A stretch of DNA of 64,000 nt from Octopus vulgaris (GCA_951406725.2 OX597828.1:19964001-20028000), one strand, 5' to 3'; positions 25,255 through 39,739 are shown, counted from the stretch's first letter. Notes: generated from the letters alone by a model not told the origin. Numbers and translations are program-made.

Positions 25255-26490
25255 ATACTGTATATTGAGAAAAAGGAGGCAGTCAGAGTATTGGATAATC
25301 CTAAATTAGCGCTTTCGTTCATTTTCGAACTCAAGACGAAATCAAAGTCAAAATGGCAAAAGCAGAACGTTTCGCTCTTCATTTATAAGACTCGGATATT
25401 TTATGTTTCTTTTATAAAGGGAGAGAGAGAGAAAAGCAAACCGGTAAGGGAGATAGACAGAAAGGTTTCAGGACAATCAAGAAAGAGGAGAAAAAATAAT
25501 AATGGATGGGCAAAGGATGGATATATAGAGATAGATAGATAGAGAGAGGAGGGTTTCTTTTCAATTTTGTGCGGTTAATTCATTGAAATTTTATTATAAA
25601 GTATTTTCCTTTTTACTTTCTCCTTTCTTTCCTTTTTCCTTTCCCATAGTATACCTATCAACATATTTGTAAATAAACACATGTATGTATGGTGACTTTC
25701 AAAGAGGTAAATTTTAGGAAGTAGGATGGAAGAAATAAGAATGATCAGATTGGGATTTCGACAACTGTTCTTATAGAACTTAAATATACATGAGAAAGAA
25801 TACTAGAACCATATTACCACTGATTAAGAAATATATCTAATGTAGCTACTTGGCAAAGTAATTCGTGATTCAGACTTTATTTTCACAATTTATGAATATT
25901 GTACTAATATTTAATGTTTGCTCATGCAAAACACAGAATTACACAGAATACGGGACTTGGCTATACTGTGCGAAAAGATATTCATTTCCATAAGAATCTG
26001 AACTTTTGATCTCTTTTTTTTTATTTTTCAGTGATGACCGTACCCTTCCGCCTTTTTCTTATTTCTTCCATTCTACTTCCTAAGATTGACCCTCAGAAAG
26101 GACACCAGCCCTTATGAGAAAATGTGTTTAGTTACAAATGTATTGACAGGTATACAATGAAAAAAGAAAAATACTTTGTAATGAAATTTCAATGAATTGA
26201 CTACACGAAATTGGAAAGAAATCTCTCTTTCTATCTTCCCGCATTGTTTTTATTACTTTCTCCGCTCTCTCTCCCTCTCTCTCCCTTTTTCCAAAAAGAC
26301 AAAAACAATATTCTCCTCTTCTAAACAAAACACAAAAACATCCGATTCATATTCGTTTATGAACAACGAAATGTTCTGTTTTTACCATTTTGATTTTGAT
26401 TTTGACATGACGATTTCGAAAATAAGCGAAAGAGCTAATAAAGGATTATCCAAAATTCTGAGTGCCTCCTTTTTCTCAATATATACATTC
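25255..26490. repeat. old large fold-back (arms ~25255-25745 and ~26050-26490)
   Basis: TATATTGAGAAAAAGGAGGCAGTCAGA vs TCTGAGTGCCTCCTTTTTCTCAATATA; TTAGGAAGTAGGATGGAAGAAATAAGA vs TCTTATTTCTTCCATTCTACTTCCTAA. Confidence 0.85.
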
Positions 26491-26926
26491 GTATATCCGT
26501 TATTCTTTCATTCTTTCACTTGTTTCAGTCCTTTGTCTGCGCCCAGACAAATGACTTCCCTAAAAGTTTCCTTAACACATTCCTTCATATATTCCAAATA
26601 GAGTGATAGCCCGAAAAATTTATATATACATACGCGCGGAGTAAATAAAGCAGGAGTCAACTGATTAGGGGATTGTTCTTTATGTTGCCTGTCTCATTTC
26701 TGTATTTGTTTCTCTTGTTCGAAAAAAAGTTCGTTTTCCATGATTTTGTTTCTTTTGTGTTCCCGTTTTTCATTTTGTTCACAATTTTTGAGGCCCTGTA
26801 CACATATATTTCTGTATATACATATATATGTTGATATATACATATATGTATATATATATGCATGTATATTTATATATATATATATTATTTATATATATAT
26901 ATACATATACATTTATATATACATAT

Positions 26927-27275
26927 ACTCTTTACTCTTTACTCTCTTTTTTTTCTTTCAGTCATTTGACTGCGGCCATGCTGGAGCTCCGCCTTTAGTC
27001 GAGCAAATCGACCCCAGGAATTATTCTTTGTAGGCCTAGTACTTATTCAATCGGTCTCTTTTGCCGAACCGCTAAGTTACGGTGTCGTAAACACACCGAC
27101 ATCGGTTATCAAGCGATGTTGGGAGACAAACACAGACACACAAACATGCGCGCGCACGCACACACAGACATATACATATATACTACAGGCTTCTTTCAGT
27201 TTCCGTCTACCAAATCCACGCACAAGGCTTTGGTCGGCCCGAGGCTATAGTAGAAAACACTTGCCCAAGGTGCGA
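26927..27275 (-). mobile_element. SINE family C, 5'-truncated
   Basis: Tail TACTCTTTACTC..CAGTCATTTGACTGCGGCCATGCTGGAGC, internal CA linker, CTTCTTTCAGTTTCCGTCTACCAAATCCAC. Confidence 0.88.
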
Positions 27276-27343
27276 CATATATATGTTTTATATCTATAAA
27301 TATATCTATATCTATCTGTCTGTCTGTCCATGCATTTGTCTGC

Positions 27344-27414
<71 letters not shown>

Positions 27415-27889
27415 CAACTGGTAAGTTTGTTCATGAAATATTTAGATCCAAATACGTGTATTTCATAAGCAGTAATGAAATTCCGTTTTTATGATAAAAT
27501 CTTATAGGACAATTGTATTGTGGAAATTTCTAGAAGCCACACAACTCTCATTAGTTCATTGTTAGTATGCATACGGTAACATTGAAAGCAATCCATTATG
27601 CATGTTAAAGAGAAACGATGAGAATGACGCAATCTCTGAAGAGTTGATAATGCAATCGGCTTATGAGATTTTCTTTCTTATAATTGATACATCCTCAATG
27701 TTATCAAAACCGACATAAGACGATGCAACTGAATTTTCTGATAGTCAATTCATTCCGTTTTTTTTTTCTAAGCTTTCTATATGTATTCTGTTGTCTGTTT
27801 CGTTGAAATAAAACTCCATAGTTTGCTTTTACATCTAGAGATATATATTCACGGACTTCTGAATGCTGATTATTTGTAATGAAATTCTG

Positions 27890-27963
<74 letters not shown>

Positions 27964-28795
27964 CTGTGTGTGTATCTCTGTATAATGTATATATCTATAT
28001 ATATATATATATTAAAGGAATCATAGCATACTCTAGATAATTGTCAGCTCATTACAGCAGTTTCTTACGTATCATTTTAAATAGAGAATGAGAACATTAC
28101 TCCATTACAAAAAAACCGTAATCCTCAGATGAAAAGTAATTCTACAAACTTTCTTTCTCTCTCATCCTCATATTCCTTTTCTAGCATCCAAGCTTCCTCA
28201 CTTCCTCTCTCGTCTTCTCACTCGTAATTGTAGATTTTCTCCCTCCCTTCTTTCCCTGTTCTCTTTCGGCAGCTCTTACTCCCTCTCTTCCTTCCTTCTA
28301 CCGCTATCTATTGCCCACACGTAACCCATGACTAATTTTCCCATGCCTCTCGCTCTTTCGCCACTGGACGCTTAGCTTGCCGGTCAACATCTATCTCTTC
28401 TCTCGCTATTTCCCATTCTATATCCAATCATTTCTTCCAAACGTTACGCATCACTCGTGACTGTTTGGTTGAAAGGCCGTATTTATTGCGTCTTCGCCAA
28501 TCGTTTCAAATTACTTTCCAACGTCCACTCTGTATCGTTTTGCTTGCTCGAGCCCTAACTATTCGCAAGTTTTGCGAGTGCCGCTCATATGCGAAGTTCT
28601 TAGTCTTATCGTTAAAGGCGTGAAACTATGAATTAGTATTTTGGTCGATAACTGATGTAGAATTTGGATCCTTCTCTGTCTGCCTTATGCATACGTTTTT
28701 TAGTATTTAATGCATTTTTCATATATAGATATATATATACAATGATAATTAATAATAATGATACTACTACTACTACTACTACTAATAATAATAAT

Positions 28796-29010
28796 AATCG
28801 TTTCTACTATAGGCACAACGCCTGAAATTTGGGGAAGGGGACCAGTCGAGTAGATCGACTCCAGCACACTACTGGTACTAAATTTATCGACCCCAAAAAG
28901 ATGAAAGGCAAAATCGACTTCAGCGGAATTTGAACTTGGAATGCAGCAGCAGACGAAATACCAATAAGCATTTCGCCCGGCGTGCTAACAATTCTGCAAA
29001 CTCGCCGCCT
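28796..29010 (-). mobile_element. SINE family B2
   Basis: Reverse complement of the 5085 type; sense tail runs into (ATT)n. Confidence 0.85.
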
Positions 29011-29011
29011 T

Positions 29012-29875
<864 letters not shown>

Positions 29876-30328
29876 AGAAGTAAAAGAACAACTGCAGGTG
29901 CAGCAGCAGTAGTAGTTACCACAAAGCAGTTCGAAGGAAACGTAAAAAATAATCGGAAGTAAGGCACAACGGACAGATGAATGCCCGAAGGTGGGAACGA
30001 AAGAAAAGCCGAAAGTAAGAGAGAAAATCAGAAAAGACAAGAATAATAGCAACAGCAACAAAGACAAAAACAAGAAGCGTGGCTTCGATGACGACTTCAA
30101 CATCATCACTTCTAGCACAGCAATGTCGACTACAATAATCTCAGCAACAACAAAATTAACACCAATCGCATGGATGGATTACTACTTAAATAAGCCTCCA
30201 ATTACGCGACACAGTTTTCTTGTATTTTTCAATTGTTAGCCTCTGAATATTTTTTTTAATTTCCAGCCTGAAGCCCTTAAAATGAATCAATATGACGTTC
30301 TGAACAAAATCTCAATAATCACGACATC

Positions 30329-30541
30329 TGCTGCCACCTGGCGACACTTCAGCTATAAAAGCATTTCTACCACCACATCGATATAAATGGCGGCTGTTTT
30401 TTTGTTTTTTTTTTGTTTCACGTATTTCCATATTTGACGATTTGTTCTTAATGTGGTTGTGATTTATTTATTTATTATATTATTATTTATGAGTTCGTCA
30501 TTTATATATTTATTGATTTATATGCTGTATCAAACATGGCG
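30329..30541. promoter_or_regulatory. possible regulatory motif cluster (CTCF-like, TATA, YY1-like)
   Basis: TGCTGCCACCTGGCGACA (30329-30346), TATAAAAG (30354), AAATGGCGGC (30385), AAACATGGCG (30532); motif resemblance only. Confidence 0.25.
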
Positions 30542-31134
30542 TAGAATAGTGACGCTGTTTACAAGACTTTAACCCTCGTGATGACTAGTACATGAGGTTT
30601 CTGGCTTTTAGTTTAGAAAAGAACCAGACAATTTTAACCCATTGTACGAGGAAAGCGGTTATATTTGCCCAAGAGTAAACTACCGTTAACTGCATAAATC
30701 GGTTTTCCCCACAACGGCTCTGAGAAAAAATTAAAATAAAATAAAATAAACAACAAAAAACAAAAAAAAAACGAAAAATAAAACCACTAAAATAATCTCA
30801 TTATGATGCGAGAACCAGGCACCCCCAGTGACACTTTTTACAAAAGACAACTTTCCAGATTTTCTTATTTTTTTCTTCTTCAGGTATTGCACCAAATATC
30901 TCTTTATAGAGCAAGAATGTAATGCTTAAATGGATATGAAATATCTCATATTGATACAGGAGATATTGAGAAAAGTATTGCAGAAGCAGAGAATATCAAT
31001 TGTGTTTTTTGATAGATAATTAACATCGCTACAAAACGAACATGAAATTGAATTACGCAAAGAGTTAATATTGGTGTAACGTATATAAAAACAGCATTCA
31101 TAATATCCTCTCCATCATCATCGTCATCATCATC

Positions 31135-31194
<60 letters not shown>

Positions 31195-31197
<3 letters not shown>

Positions 31198-33094
31198 TAG
31201 TTTTATTTTTATAGCGTGCTTTCACTTCACTACCGAGCGCAGCTCTGTGTGCCTTGGGTATGTGCTGTGATTTGTTGTGATGCTCTGATGGTTATTGTAT
31301 GGAAAGTATTCTGCGTAGGATGTGTGCAGTGCCTAGTAGTGCAATTGTCTGTATGTTATATGTGTTTGTAAGTCCTGGTGTTTTTGTTATGTATTTGTCT
31401 GAATATTTTTTTATCATGCCTAATGCACCTACTATGATAGGAATTGTTTCTGTTTTCAGATTCCACATTCTAGTTACCTCTATTTCCAGGTCTTTGTATT
31501 TTGAGAGTTTCTCCATTTCTTTTAGAGACACGTTGTCATCTGCCGGTATTGATACATCAATTAGAAAACATTTTTTTTCTTCATGATCTCTGACAACTAT
31601 ATCTGGTCTGTTGGCCTTAATTTCTCTATCTGTGTGTATCGGCATATCCCAGAGTATGGTTGCTTTCTCGTTTTCTGTGACCTTTTCTGGTGTGTGCCTA
31701 TACCATCTTTTTTCTGTTGTTATTCCATAATGTTGGCATAGCTTCCAATGTATGTAGGTTCCAACTCTGTCATGTCTGTGAATATATTCCTTCTTAGCTA
31801 GGACTGGGCAGCTAGAGATAATATGATTTATTGTTTCTTGTCCGTCTCCACATATTCTGCAGTTACTTGTTATATTTCTTTTCATTACATGTTTTTGGTA
31901 ATTTCTGGTGGGGAGGCTTTGGTCTTGTGCTGCAATTAAAAATCCCTCTGTTTCTGCTTTGAGTCCTGAGCTTCTCAACCATTGCTGGGATTTTTCTTTG
32001 TCTATTTCTTTTGCGTTTAGTTTAGTGCAGTATTTACCATGAAGGGGCTTTTCTTGCCATCGTTTTATCATGGTTCGTTGCTGTTCTATTTTTAGTTTGG
32101 ATTTCATTTGTTTTATAGCTTTTGTTGTTTCTTCATCTTCTTCTTCTTCTTCTTCGTGTTTATTAGGTGGTATGATTTCTTGTTTGTATTTGTCAGCTTC
32201 CTTAAATACTGAGAACAGTTTTTTGTTTTGCTCGTGTTTTGCTGCTATCTGGATCAGTTTTCCTTCCTTCTGAAGTAGGTATTTTTGCAGTCCTATATAT
32301 AGTTGTATATATAGTCTTTCTATGTCAGATTTTGGGTGATGCATCCTAGATCCTGTCAGTATTTTTCTTGTTTTCCTATCTATTTGGGACAGTTCATTTC
32401 GTGTCCAGTTAAGGATATTGTAGCTGTAACTTATAACTGGGACAGCTAAAGTGTTGTTTTTAGCATTGAGCTCTGTTTTTAGTATTGATCTAACTCGTCT
32501 ATAATATTCTTTTTTTATTTTCTCTTTCATTTGTGTGTGTTGTGTCTTATCTAGTTCATGGATTCCTAAGTATTTGTAAGTTTGGCTTTGGTCTAATTCT
32601 TTTATTTCATTGGTTTTATCTAGTGTGATGTTGTTACTTTTAACTAGTTTTCCTCTTTTCATGGTTACTTTGGCGCATTTTTCTAATCCAAATTTCATAT
32701 CTATTTCTTTGGTAAATCCATGAACTGTCTTTAATAGTGTTTCCAGCTGTTTGTCATTTGCAGCGTATAGTTTTAGGTCATCCATATATAAAAGGTGGCT
32801 GATCGTTTTGCCGTAACATTTATATCCGCATCCAGTTCTATTTAGCATATCAGATAGAGGTGACAGTGCCAAGCAGAAAAGGAGTGGAGAGAGCGTGTCT
32901 CCCTGGAATATTCCTCTTCTAATGGGTATGTCTTTGGTTTTCATGAGTCCCTCTTTTGTTTGGAGGTGTAGGACTGTTTGCCATTTATTCATAGAGTGCT
33001 CTATGAATTTTATGATTGTTGGTGCTACTTTGTTAATGGCTAGTGTTTCGAGGATCCATGTGTGGGGGATGCTATCAAACGCCTTTTTGTAGTC

Positions 33095-33097
<3 letters not shown>
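31195..33097 (-). mobile_element. R4/Dong-clade non-LTR retrotransposon, 5'-truncated, inserted in (TAA)n
   Basis: RT + CCHC + RLE ORF, ~97-bp 3' UTR ending AATAAAACTACTG(AAT)n; TAA repeats on both sides as known for Dong. Confidence 0.95.
31292..33097 (-). CDS. partial reverse transcriptase / restriction-like endonuclease polyprotein (no native start)
   Basis: DYKKAFDSIPH, RGIFQGDTLSPLLF, HLLYMDDLKLY, YKYLG, CRICGDGQETINHIISSC, RHDRV, NRPDIVV..LIDVSIP..KLSKYKDL, PIIVGALG; stop-free over ~600 codons. Confidence 0.9.
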
Positions 33098-33137
<40 letters not shown>

Positions 33138-33153
33138 GTTGTTGTTGTTGTTG

Positions 33154-33191
<38 letters not shown>

Positions 33192-33192
33192 T

Positions 33193-33534
33193 GCCTTTGC
33201 ACAGCTTCTAACGCTGGAGATGTACTACAGTGTCAGCTGTTCACTACCAGTGAACTAAGGTAACACCTCTTATTTTTCGAGCACCTTCTGGAGCAATTGA
33301 GCGGTTCCAAGCAGTGCTGGTTTCTGCAAGTGCTCCATCCTTATTGCAGCCCCTATTTGTTCCCCGTACTTCTCAAGATTTTTGCTCACTGTTCCCAGGG
33401 TTCCGACAACTATTGGCACTACTGCTTACTTTTCCATCGACCACACCTGCTTAACTTCTCAAACTAACCTGTTATATCTATCGACCTTTCTTTCTTCCTT
33501 AACGCATAACTTGTTCGCATCTGGGCATGCTTAA

Positions 33535-33535
<1 letters not shown>
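33193..33535 (-). mobile_element. second R4/Dong family, short 3' end in (TAA)n
   Basis: KEERKVDRYNRLV*EVKQVWSMEK*AVVPIVVGTLGTVSKNLEKY..LQKPALLGTAQLLQKVLEK; distinct 3' UTR ending GTGCAAAGGCA(AAT)n. Confidence 0.85.
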
Positions 33536-33598
<63 letters not shown>

Positions 33599-33702
33599 GT
33601 TATTATTATTATCATTATTATTATTATCATTATTATTATTATCATTATTATTATTATTATCATTTTTATTAATATTATTATTAATCATTATTATTATTAT
33701 TA

Positions 33703-33819
<117 letters not shown>

Positions 33820-33865
33820 GTTATTATTATTATCATCATTATTATTAATATTGTTGTTGTTGTTG

Positions 33866-34218
33866 CAGTTCTTGTTGCTTTCATGGACGCTTTTCGCCCT
33901 GCAGATGTTATACCAACACAATACCAAAAGAGCTAGCAATACCAAAGTGCCAAAAGTTCTTTGGGTCGTTTCTTTTCTTTCAGCTTTCTAATATCCTCTT
34001 TAGAATCCTTGCTGTTCCTAACAAAGCTGTTTAATTCTGCAACAGCTCCATTCTGCTGTTAATGCCTTGCTTCTCAAGCCTTCCATTCTACCTTTCACTA
34101 ATTGCTCACAATGCGCCAACCCAAATCGGTACAACTTCTATGCGCCTGATTCTCCATATTTTCCTGAATTTCCACTTCAGCTCCTGACGTTTCTCCACTT
34201 TCTCACTTTCCGAGAAAT
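33866..34218 (-). mobile_element. third R4/Dong family, short 3' end
   Basis: ESEKVEKRQELKWKFRKIWRIRRIEVVPIWVGAL..TALLGTARILKRILES; different 3' UTR; trinucleotide tracts both sides. Confidence 0.8.
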
Positions 34219-34229
34219 ATCATCATCAT

Positions 34230-34260
<31 letters not shown>

Positions 34261-34548
34261 GTCGTCGTCCACGTCGTCATCATCATCGCCGCCGCCACCA
34301 CCACCACCAACACCACCACCACCACCACCATCATCATCACCATCATCATCATTGTCGTCGTCGTCCTCACCATCATCATCATCATCATCACCACAATCAC
34401 AACCAACACCACCATCACCACCACCACCACTGCCACCACTACAATCATCATCATTATCTTATTAATAATGCAGTTACTTCCTAATTTAATTAATTGTTGC
34501 TGTTGTTATTGGTGTTCAAAAATGTTCGATATATAATTTCTTCATTTT

Positions 34549-34962
34549 TATTTACTCCTTTACTCTTTTACTTGTTTTCAGTCATTTGACTCCGGCCATG
34601 CTGGAGCACCGCCTTTAGTCGAGCAAATCGACCCCGGGACTTATTCTTTGTAACTTGTACGTATTCTATCGGTTTCTTTTGCCGAACAGCTAAGTTACAG
34701 GGAGGTAAACACACCAGCATCGGTTGTCAAGCGATGCTGTGGGACAAACACAGACACACAAACATACAAACACACACACACACACACACAAACACACACA
34801 TATATATTTTTTCTACGGGCTTCTTTCAGTTTCCGTCTACCAAATCCACTCACAAGGCTTTGGTCGGCCCGAGGCTATAGTAGAAGACACTTGCCCAATG
34901 TGCTACGCAGTGGGACTGAACCTGGAGCTATGTGGTTGGTAAGCAAGCTACTTACCACACTG
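34549..34962 (-). mobile_element. SINE family C, near full length
   Basis: Same bipartite structure with CA linker as 44053 and 48571. Confidence 0.9.
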
Positions 34963-35497
34963 CTTTTCGGAAAACCGTGACACCAGACATGCGTAATTTT
35001 GTCCGTTAACTGTTTGATTTTCGAACAACGGTGAATTATATGACATGGTCGTTCTATTCTTTTATTATAATAATAGATTCTGATTTAGATACATGGTCAG
35101 CTATTTCGAAAGGAGGAGAGTAGTCGATGCTATCTACCTCATTATTTCAATGGTGCTTTATTTTATTCACCTTGGATGTATAAAAGAAAACTGACCTCGA
35201 CTCGATTTGAACTCGGAACGATGAGGTCATATGCCACTCAATCATAATAAGAATTGTTTCAAATGTAGGTGAAAGGCCAAAAATGTTACAGGATTTCAAC
35301 TCATCGATTACGTAAAGAGCAGTAATTGATTCATACTTTATTCTATTCATCCCACAAAAAAAAAAATGGAAGACAAAGTAGAACCTGTTGGGATTTGATC
35401 TGAGAACAAAAAGACTTGTTGGCTATGCTATTAATAATTTTCTCCAGCATATTAACGGTTCTTCAAACTCGCCGCCGCCGTAATAATAATAATAATG

Positions 35498-35566
<69 letters not shown>

Positions 35567-35736
35567 GTTTCAAAATTTGGCACAAGGCCAAAAAGTTCGG
35601 GGGAGGGGTTAAAGTCGATTACATCGGTCCAGTAGAAATTGAACTCAGCATGTAAAGACGGACGAAACGCTACTAAGCATTTTGTTAGAAATGCCTTAAC
35701 AACAACAACAACAACAAAAACAACAACAACAACAAC

Positions 35737-35793
<57 letters not shown>

Positions 35794-36250
35794 TGCGTCT
35801 GAAAAATGCGACATGAAGAACGTAAAGAGAGAGAATTTAATTAAAACCATTAATGTCTTGTTAGATAAAGAAACAGAGATAAGAAAATTAAACACTTGAG
35901 AGACTTGCAAATAAATATACTGGGGAATTAATGAATTAATGAGACAGACATAATACAACAGATACAAATGAAAGAAGAGTTTAAGACGGAATATTCAACG
36001 TATATTTGATTAGTACATAGGAGAAAGCTAAATGCATACATAAGGTAAAAAAAAAAAGCATCAATATTCTAGCTGTCTAGTAATAGGTTACAGTTATAAA
36101 TGAATTAGCAAGACTTCAAAAGGAAACTAGATTAATAATGATGGATGCATTCAGAAGAGACTATCCGCGAACGGAAATAGAGAGAAGCCGAAAGCAGGGT
36201 CTGAAAGCTGAAAGTTCTTATATAAGCGTAGCTGTTTTGAGATTACTTAA
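35794..36250 (+). mobile_element. degenerate R4/Dong RT-thumb fragment following (TAA)n
   Basis: EKCDMKNVKRENLIKTINVLLDKETEIRKL..QMKEEFKTEY..INILAV..YPRTEIER parallels EKCAKVTMKRGKLVKSNNITLDKTNEIKEL..QMKEKIKKEY..HPKSDIER. Confidence 0.75.
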
Positions 36251-36516
36251 AAATATTGCCGGCAAGTCCGTATCCAAATATCTGTCTCTCGTATCTCTCC
36301 TCTCTCTACATACATGCATACATACATACATACATAGATACATACATTTCAGTCATTTGGCTGCGGTCATGCTGGAGCACCGCCTTTAGTCGAGCAAATC
36401 GACACCCAGGACTTATTCTTTGTAACTTGTACTTATTGTATCGGTCTCGTCTTCCGAACAGCTAAGTTACGGGGACGTAAACACACCAGCATCGGTTGTC
36501 AAGTGAAAAATGTCTA

Positions 36517-37036
36517 TGCACTGGGTAGGTGGAAAGTAACTAGGCGTTAGAAATTGTTTATAGAATTTTTAGTATCACTGAAATCATGACGAAAACATTT
36601 TTTTTAAAACAGAGAACACTAATGGGGTTTTATATTCTTATTGTCATATTTCTTATTTTTTATTTTCCAGATGACCGGTCGTTTCACTCTCCAGGAACGA
36701 GCTATGATAGCTACGCTATGAAGTGTGGAATTCCAGTGTTTTCGTTCAGAGATGGTGGCGTGCATGGAAACGTAAGCATGTAACACTACCTCCGGAGATA
36801 ATAAAAAGTTGTTATGCAAAGCTGATGACCCTGGGCTCTGTGAACGATGGAAGAAGAAGTGGCTGTCCAACTACATTCCGATCGGCAGAGAACTTGGCAA
36901 TAGTGAAGCAAATGTTTAATAGCAGCCAGCAAAAGTCAACACATCCATCAGCTCGTGAAGGTAGACTAACAAGACACAATACGTACGGTGTTGCATAAAG
37001 AATTAAATTTTCGTCCGTGGAAACTCCATTATTCGA
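36517..37036 (+). mobile_element. Tc1/mariner-superfamily transposon 5' part (DUF4817-like N-terminus)
   Basis: Frameshifted MTGRFTLQERAMIA..VFVQRWWR..KLMTLGSVNDGRRSGCPTTFRSAENLAIVKQMF..VLHKELNFRPWKLH. Confidence 0.75.
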
Positions 37037-37099
37037 GGAGCCGGTCTAGAAATTACGCACCACCCGGTCTAGAAACTGAAATCACGATCTAGCAATCTA

Positions 37100-37328
37100 T
37101 CTCTTTACTACCCACAAGGGGCTAAACACAGAAAGGACAAACAAGGACAGACAAACGGATTAAGTCGGTTATATCGACCCCAGTGCGTAACTGGTACTTA
37201 TTTAATCGACCCCGAAAGGATGAAAGGCAAAGTCGACCTCGGCGGAATTTGAACTCAGAACGTAACGGCAAACGAAATACCGCTAAGCATTTTGCCTGGC
37301 GTGCTAACGTTTCTGCCAGCTCCCCGCC
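37100..37328 (-). mobile_element. SINE family B, full length with TSD
   Basis: 18-bp TSD TCACGATCTAGCAATCTA (37082-37099 / 37329-37346). Confidence 0.92.
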
Positions 37329-37851
37329 TCACGATCTAGCAATCTAGCAATCGTAAATGCAACAGCGTAACCACTGAGCCATGTTTGTTTATTATAATAG
37401 CTTCTCTGCTTGAACTGCAGCTCTCTGGGATTCACTGACGTCATCTTAGTTTCCTCAGTGCTAGAATATTCAAACCTTTGAACTCTTTACCAATCGCAAT
37501 CATTTGAATTTGTAGGCCTCTTCTTGTCATTTCTAGTCGTTCCTGACTCTTCAGGCCTCAAAGAGTTAGTATTGTTCAAAATCCTTACAAATGTGTGTGC
37601 ATTGGACAGTTTTCCATAAGTTCGAAAATAAGAATTCTCTAAATACAATCTTTTGGGCAGTTTTGTTTTATGTTGTCAAGTGGTATATTTTTGGTTATGG
37701 CTGGTCAGAAAGTTACCATTGGCTTCACGCTTACTATTACTACTGGAAGTATAGGTAAGTATTTAGAACTGCTGAGCGGAGGCAGATTACATCTTTATTA
37801 ATGAAGCTAAAAATATAGTTTTGGCCAGTCGGTGTTTTTCTTTTCATTTCA

Positions 37852-37941
<90 letters not shown>

Positions 37942-37960
37942 GTATGCATATATGTATGTA

Positions 37961-38006
<46 letters not shown>

Positions 38007-38274
38007 TGTGACTCCTGTCACAACCTGGGACCTTGAAGACTGCTTGAATGCAAGATAGTATACTAGCCCCTTAATATTTGATATTCAATATTTCATCTAT
38101 TTAATAAGACAATCAATACTTAATTTCATTTTACTATATACACTATATATACTATATATACTATATATTCTATATTCTACATTAATATTATAAAGAATAT
38201 AAATAAAACATAAAAAACAGAGTTGGAATTTCTTTGAATAACATATATCCCTCGATACCCATTCATACAAACCC

Positions 38275-38356
<82 letters not shown>

Positions 38357-39145
38357 ATGTACATATATATATATATATACGCGTCTTCGGAAGCGAAGAG
38401 TATATAACGTAAACTTTTGAAAGTCTTTGTGTCACGTGGCCAAACTTAGTCAAAAGAGACCGCACACTTCATACGTATAGCAACATCTAGTATACTAATG
38501 GTAACTGATATAATAGAAAATAATGATATAGTAAACATCATCATTTGAGAATATTAACATAAATATTTTGAGTAAAAATTATAATAGTGTCCAACCGACG
38601 AAAATCACATGGTACAGTGACAGAAAAAAATGCGTGAAAAATAGAGAATTTTTAGTTATCATACAATTACTATTTGTAGTTTTATGTGATTAAATTAGGG
38701 GAATAACAAAACTGGGAGTTTATAAATAAAGATAATAATGATAATAAAGCAAATAATTGAATATATGTGAAAAATGTCTAGACGTGTAAAGAAAGTGAAC
38801 AGAAAAAATATTACATTTATCATTATATTATTACAACGATATATTTTCTGTTGCGTATTTATATCAGTGGTCGATGTTTGAAGACAGAATATTTACAAAT
38901 GCACATGTGGAATTTCCTGTTACATCTCACAGCTCAAGTGTCTTATATAGTTTTTGTTTGAGTGTGAAACTCTAGAAGTTGAAAATAGAAGCTAAATTGA
39001 ATTATTAAAGTAATTTTATAACGTCGGAAGTCGAGTTGCGTTCAGAGTGAAAGCATTTAAAAAAATACGTGTTGGATTGGGAAAGTGAAATGTTTCCAGA
39101 AACAGACACATTCGAAGAGACGAAGACGTTATACCAACTGCATAA

Positions 39146-39739
39146 GAGCTGGCAAAGTCGTTAGCGCGCTGGACGAAATGCTAAGCGGTATTTCGTCTGC
39201 CGTTACGTTGTGAGTTCAAATTCCGCCGAGGTTGACTTTGCCTTTCATCCTTTCGGGGTTGATAAATTAAGTACCAGTTACCCACTGGGGTCGATGTAGT
39301 CGACTTAATACCTATGTCTGTCCTTGTTTGTCCCCTATGTATTTAGCCCCTTGTGGGTAATAAAGAAATAGGTATTTCGTCTGCCGCTACGTTCTGAGTT
39401 CAAATTCCGCCGAGGTCGACTTTGCCTTTCATCATTTCGGGGTCGATAAATTAAGTACCAGTTATGCACTGGGGTCGATATAATCGATTTAATCCGTTTG
39501 TCTGTCCTGGTTTGTCCTCTCTATGTTTAGCCCCTTGTGGGTAGTAAAGAAACAGGTATTTCGCCCGCCGCTACGTTCTGAGTTGAAATTCCGCCGAGGT
39601 CGACTTTGCCTTTCATCCACTCGGGGTCGATAAATAAAGTACCGGTTGCGCACTGGGGTCGATGTAATCGACTTAATCCCTTTGTATGTCTTCTTTGTCC
39701 CCTCGATGTTTATTGCCTTCGTGGGCAATAAAGAAATAA
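39146..39739 (+). mobile_element. SINE family B, tandem of three units
   Basis: Units 2 and 3 restart at GGTATTTCG immediately after tail AAAGAAA(T/C)A. Confidence 0.9.

Noticed and set aside
30865-30930. Splice acceptor TTTTTTCTTCTTCAG as start of a coding exon
   Set aside because: All three frames hit stops within ~45 nt and no partner exons were identified; a UTR or terminal exon cannot be excluded.
33098-33202. N-terminus of the 636-aa ORF (MQRQIIII..TTT)
   Set aside because: Read-through of the TAA/CAA tract from a non-ATG start in the neighbouring element's 3' UTR; not part of the RT.
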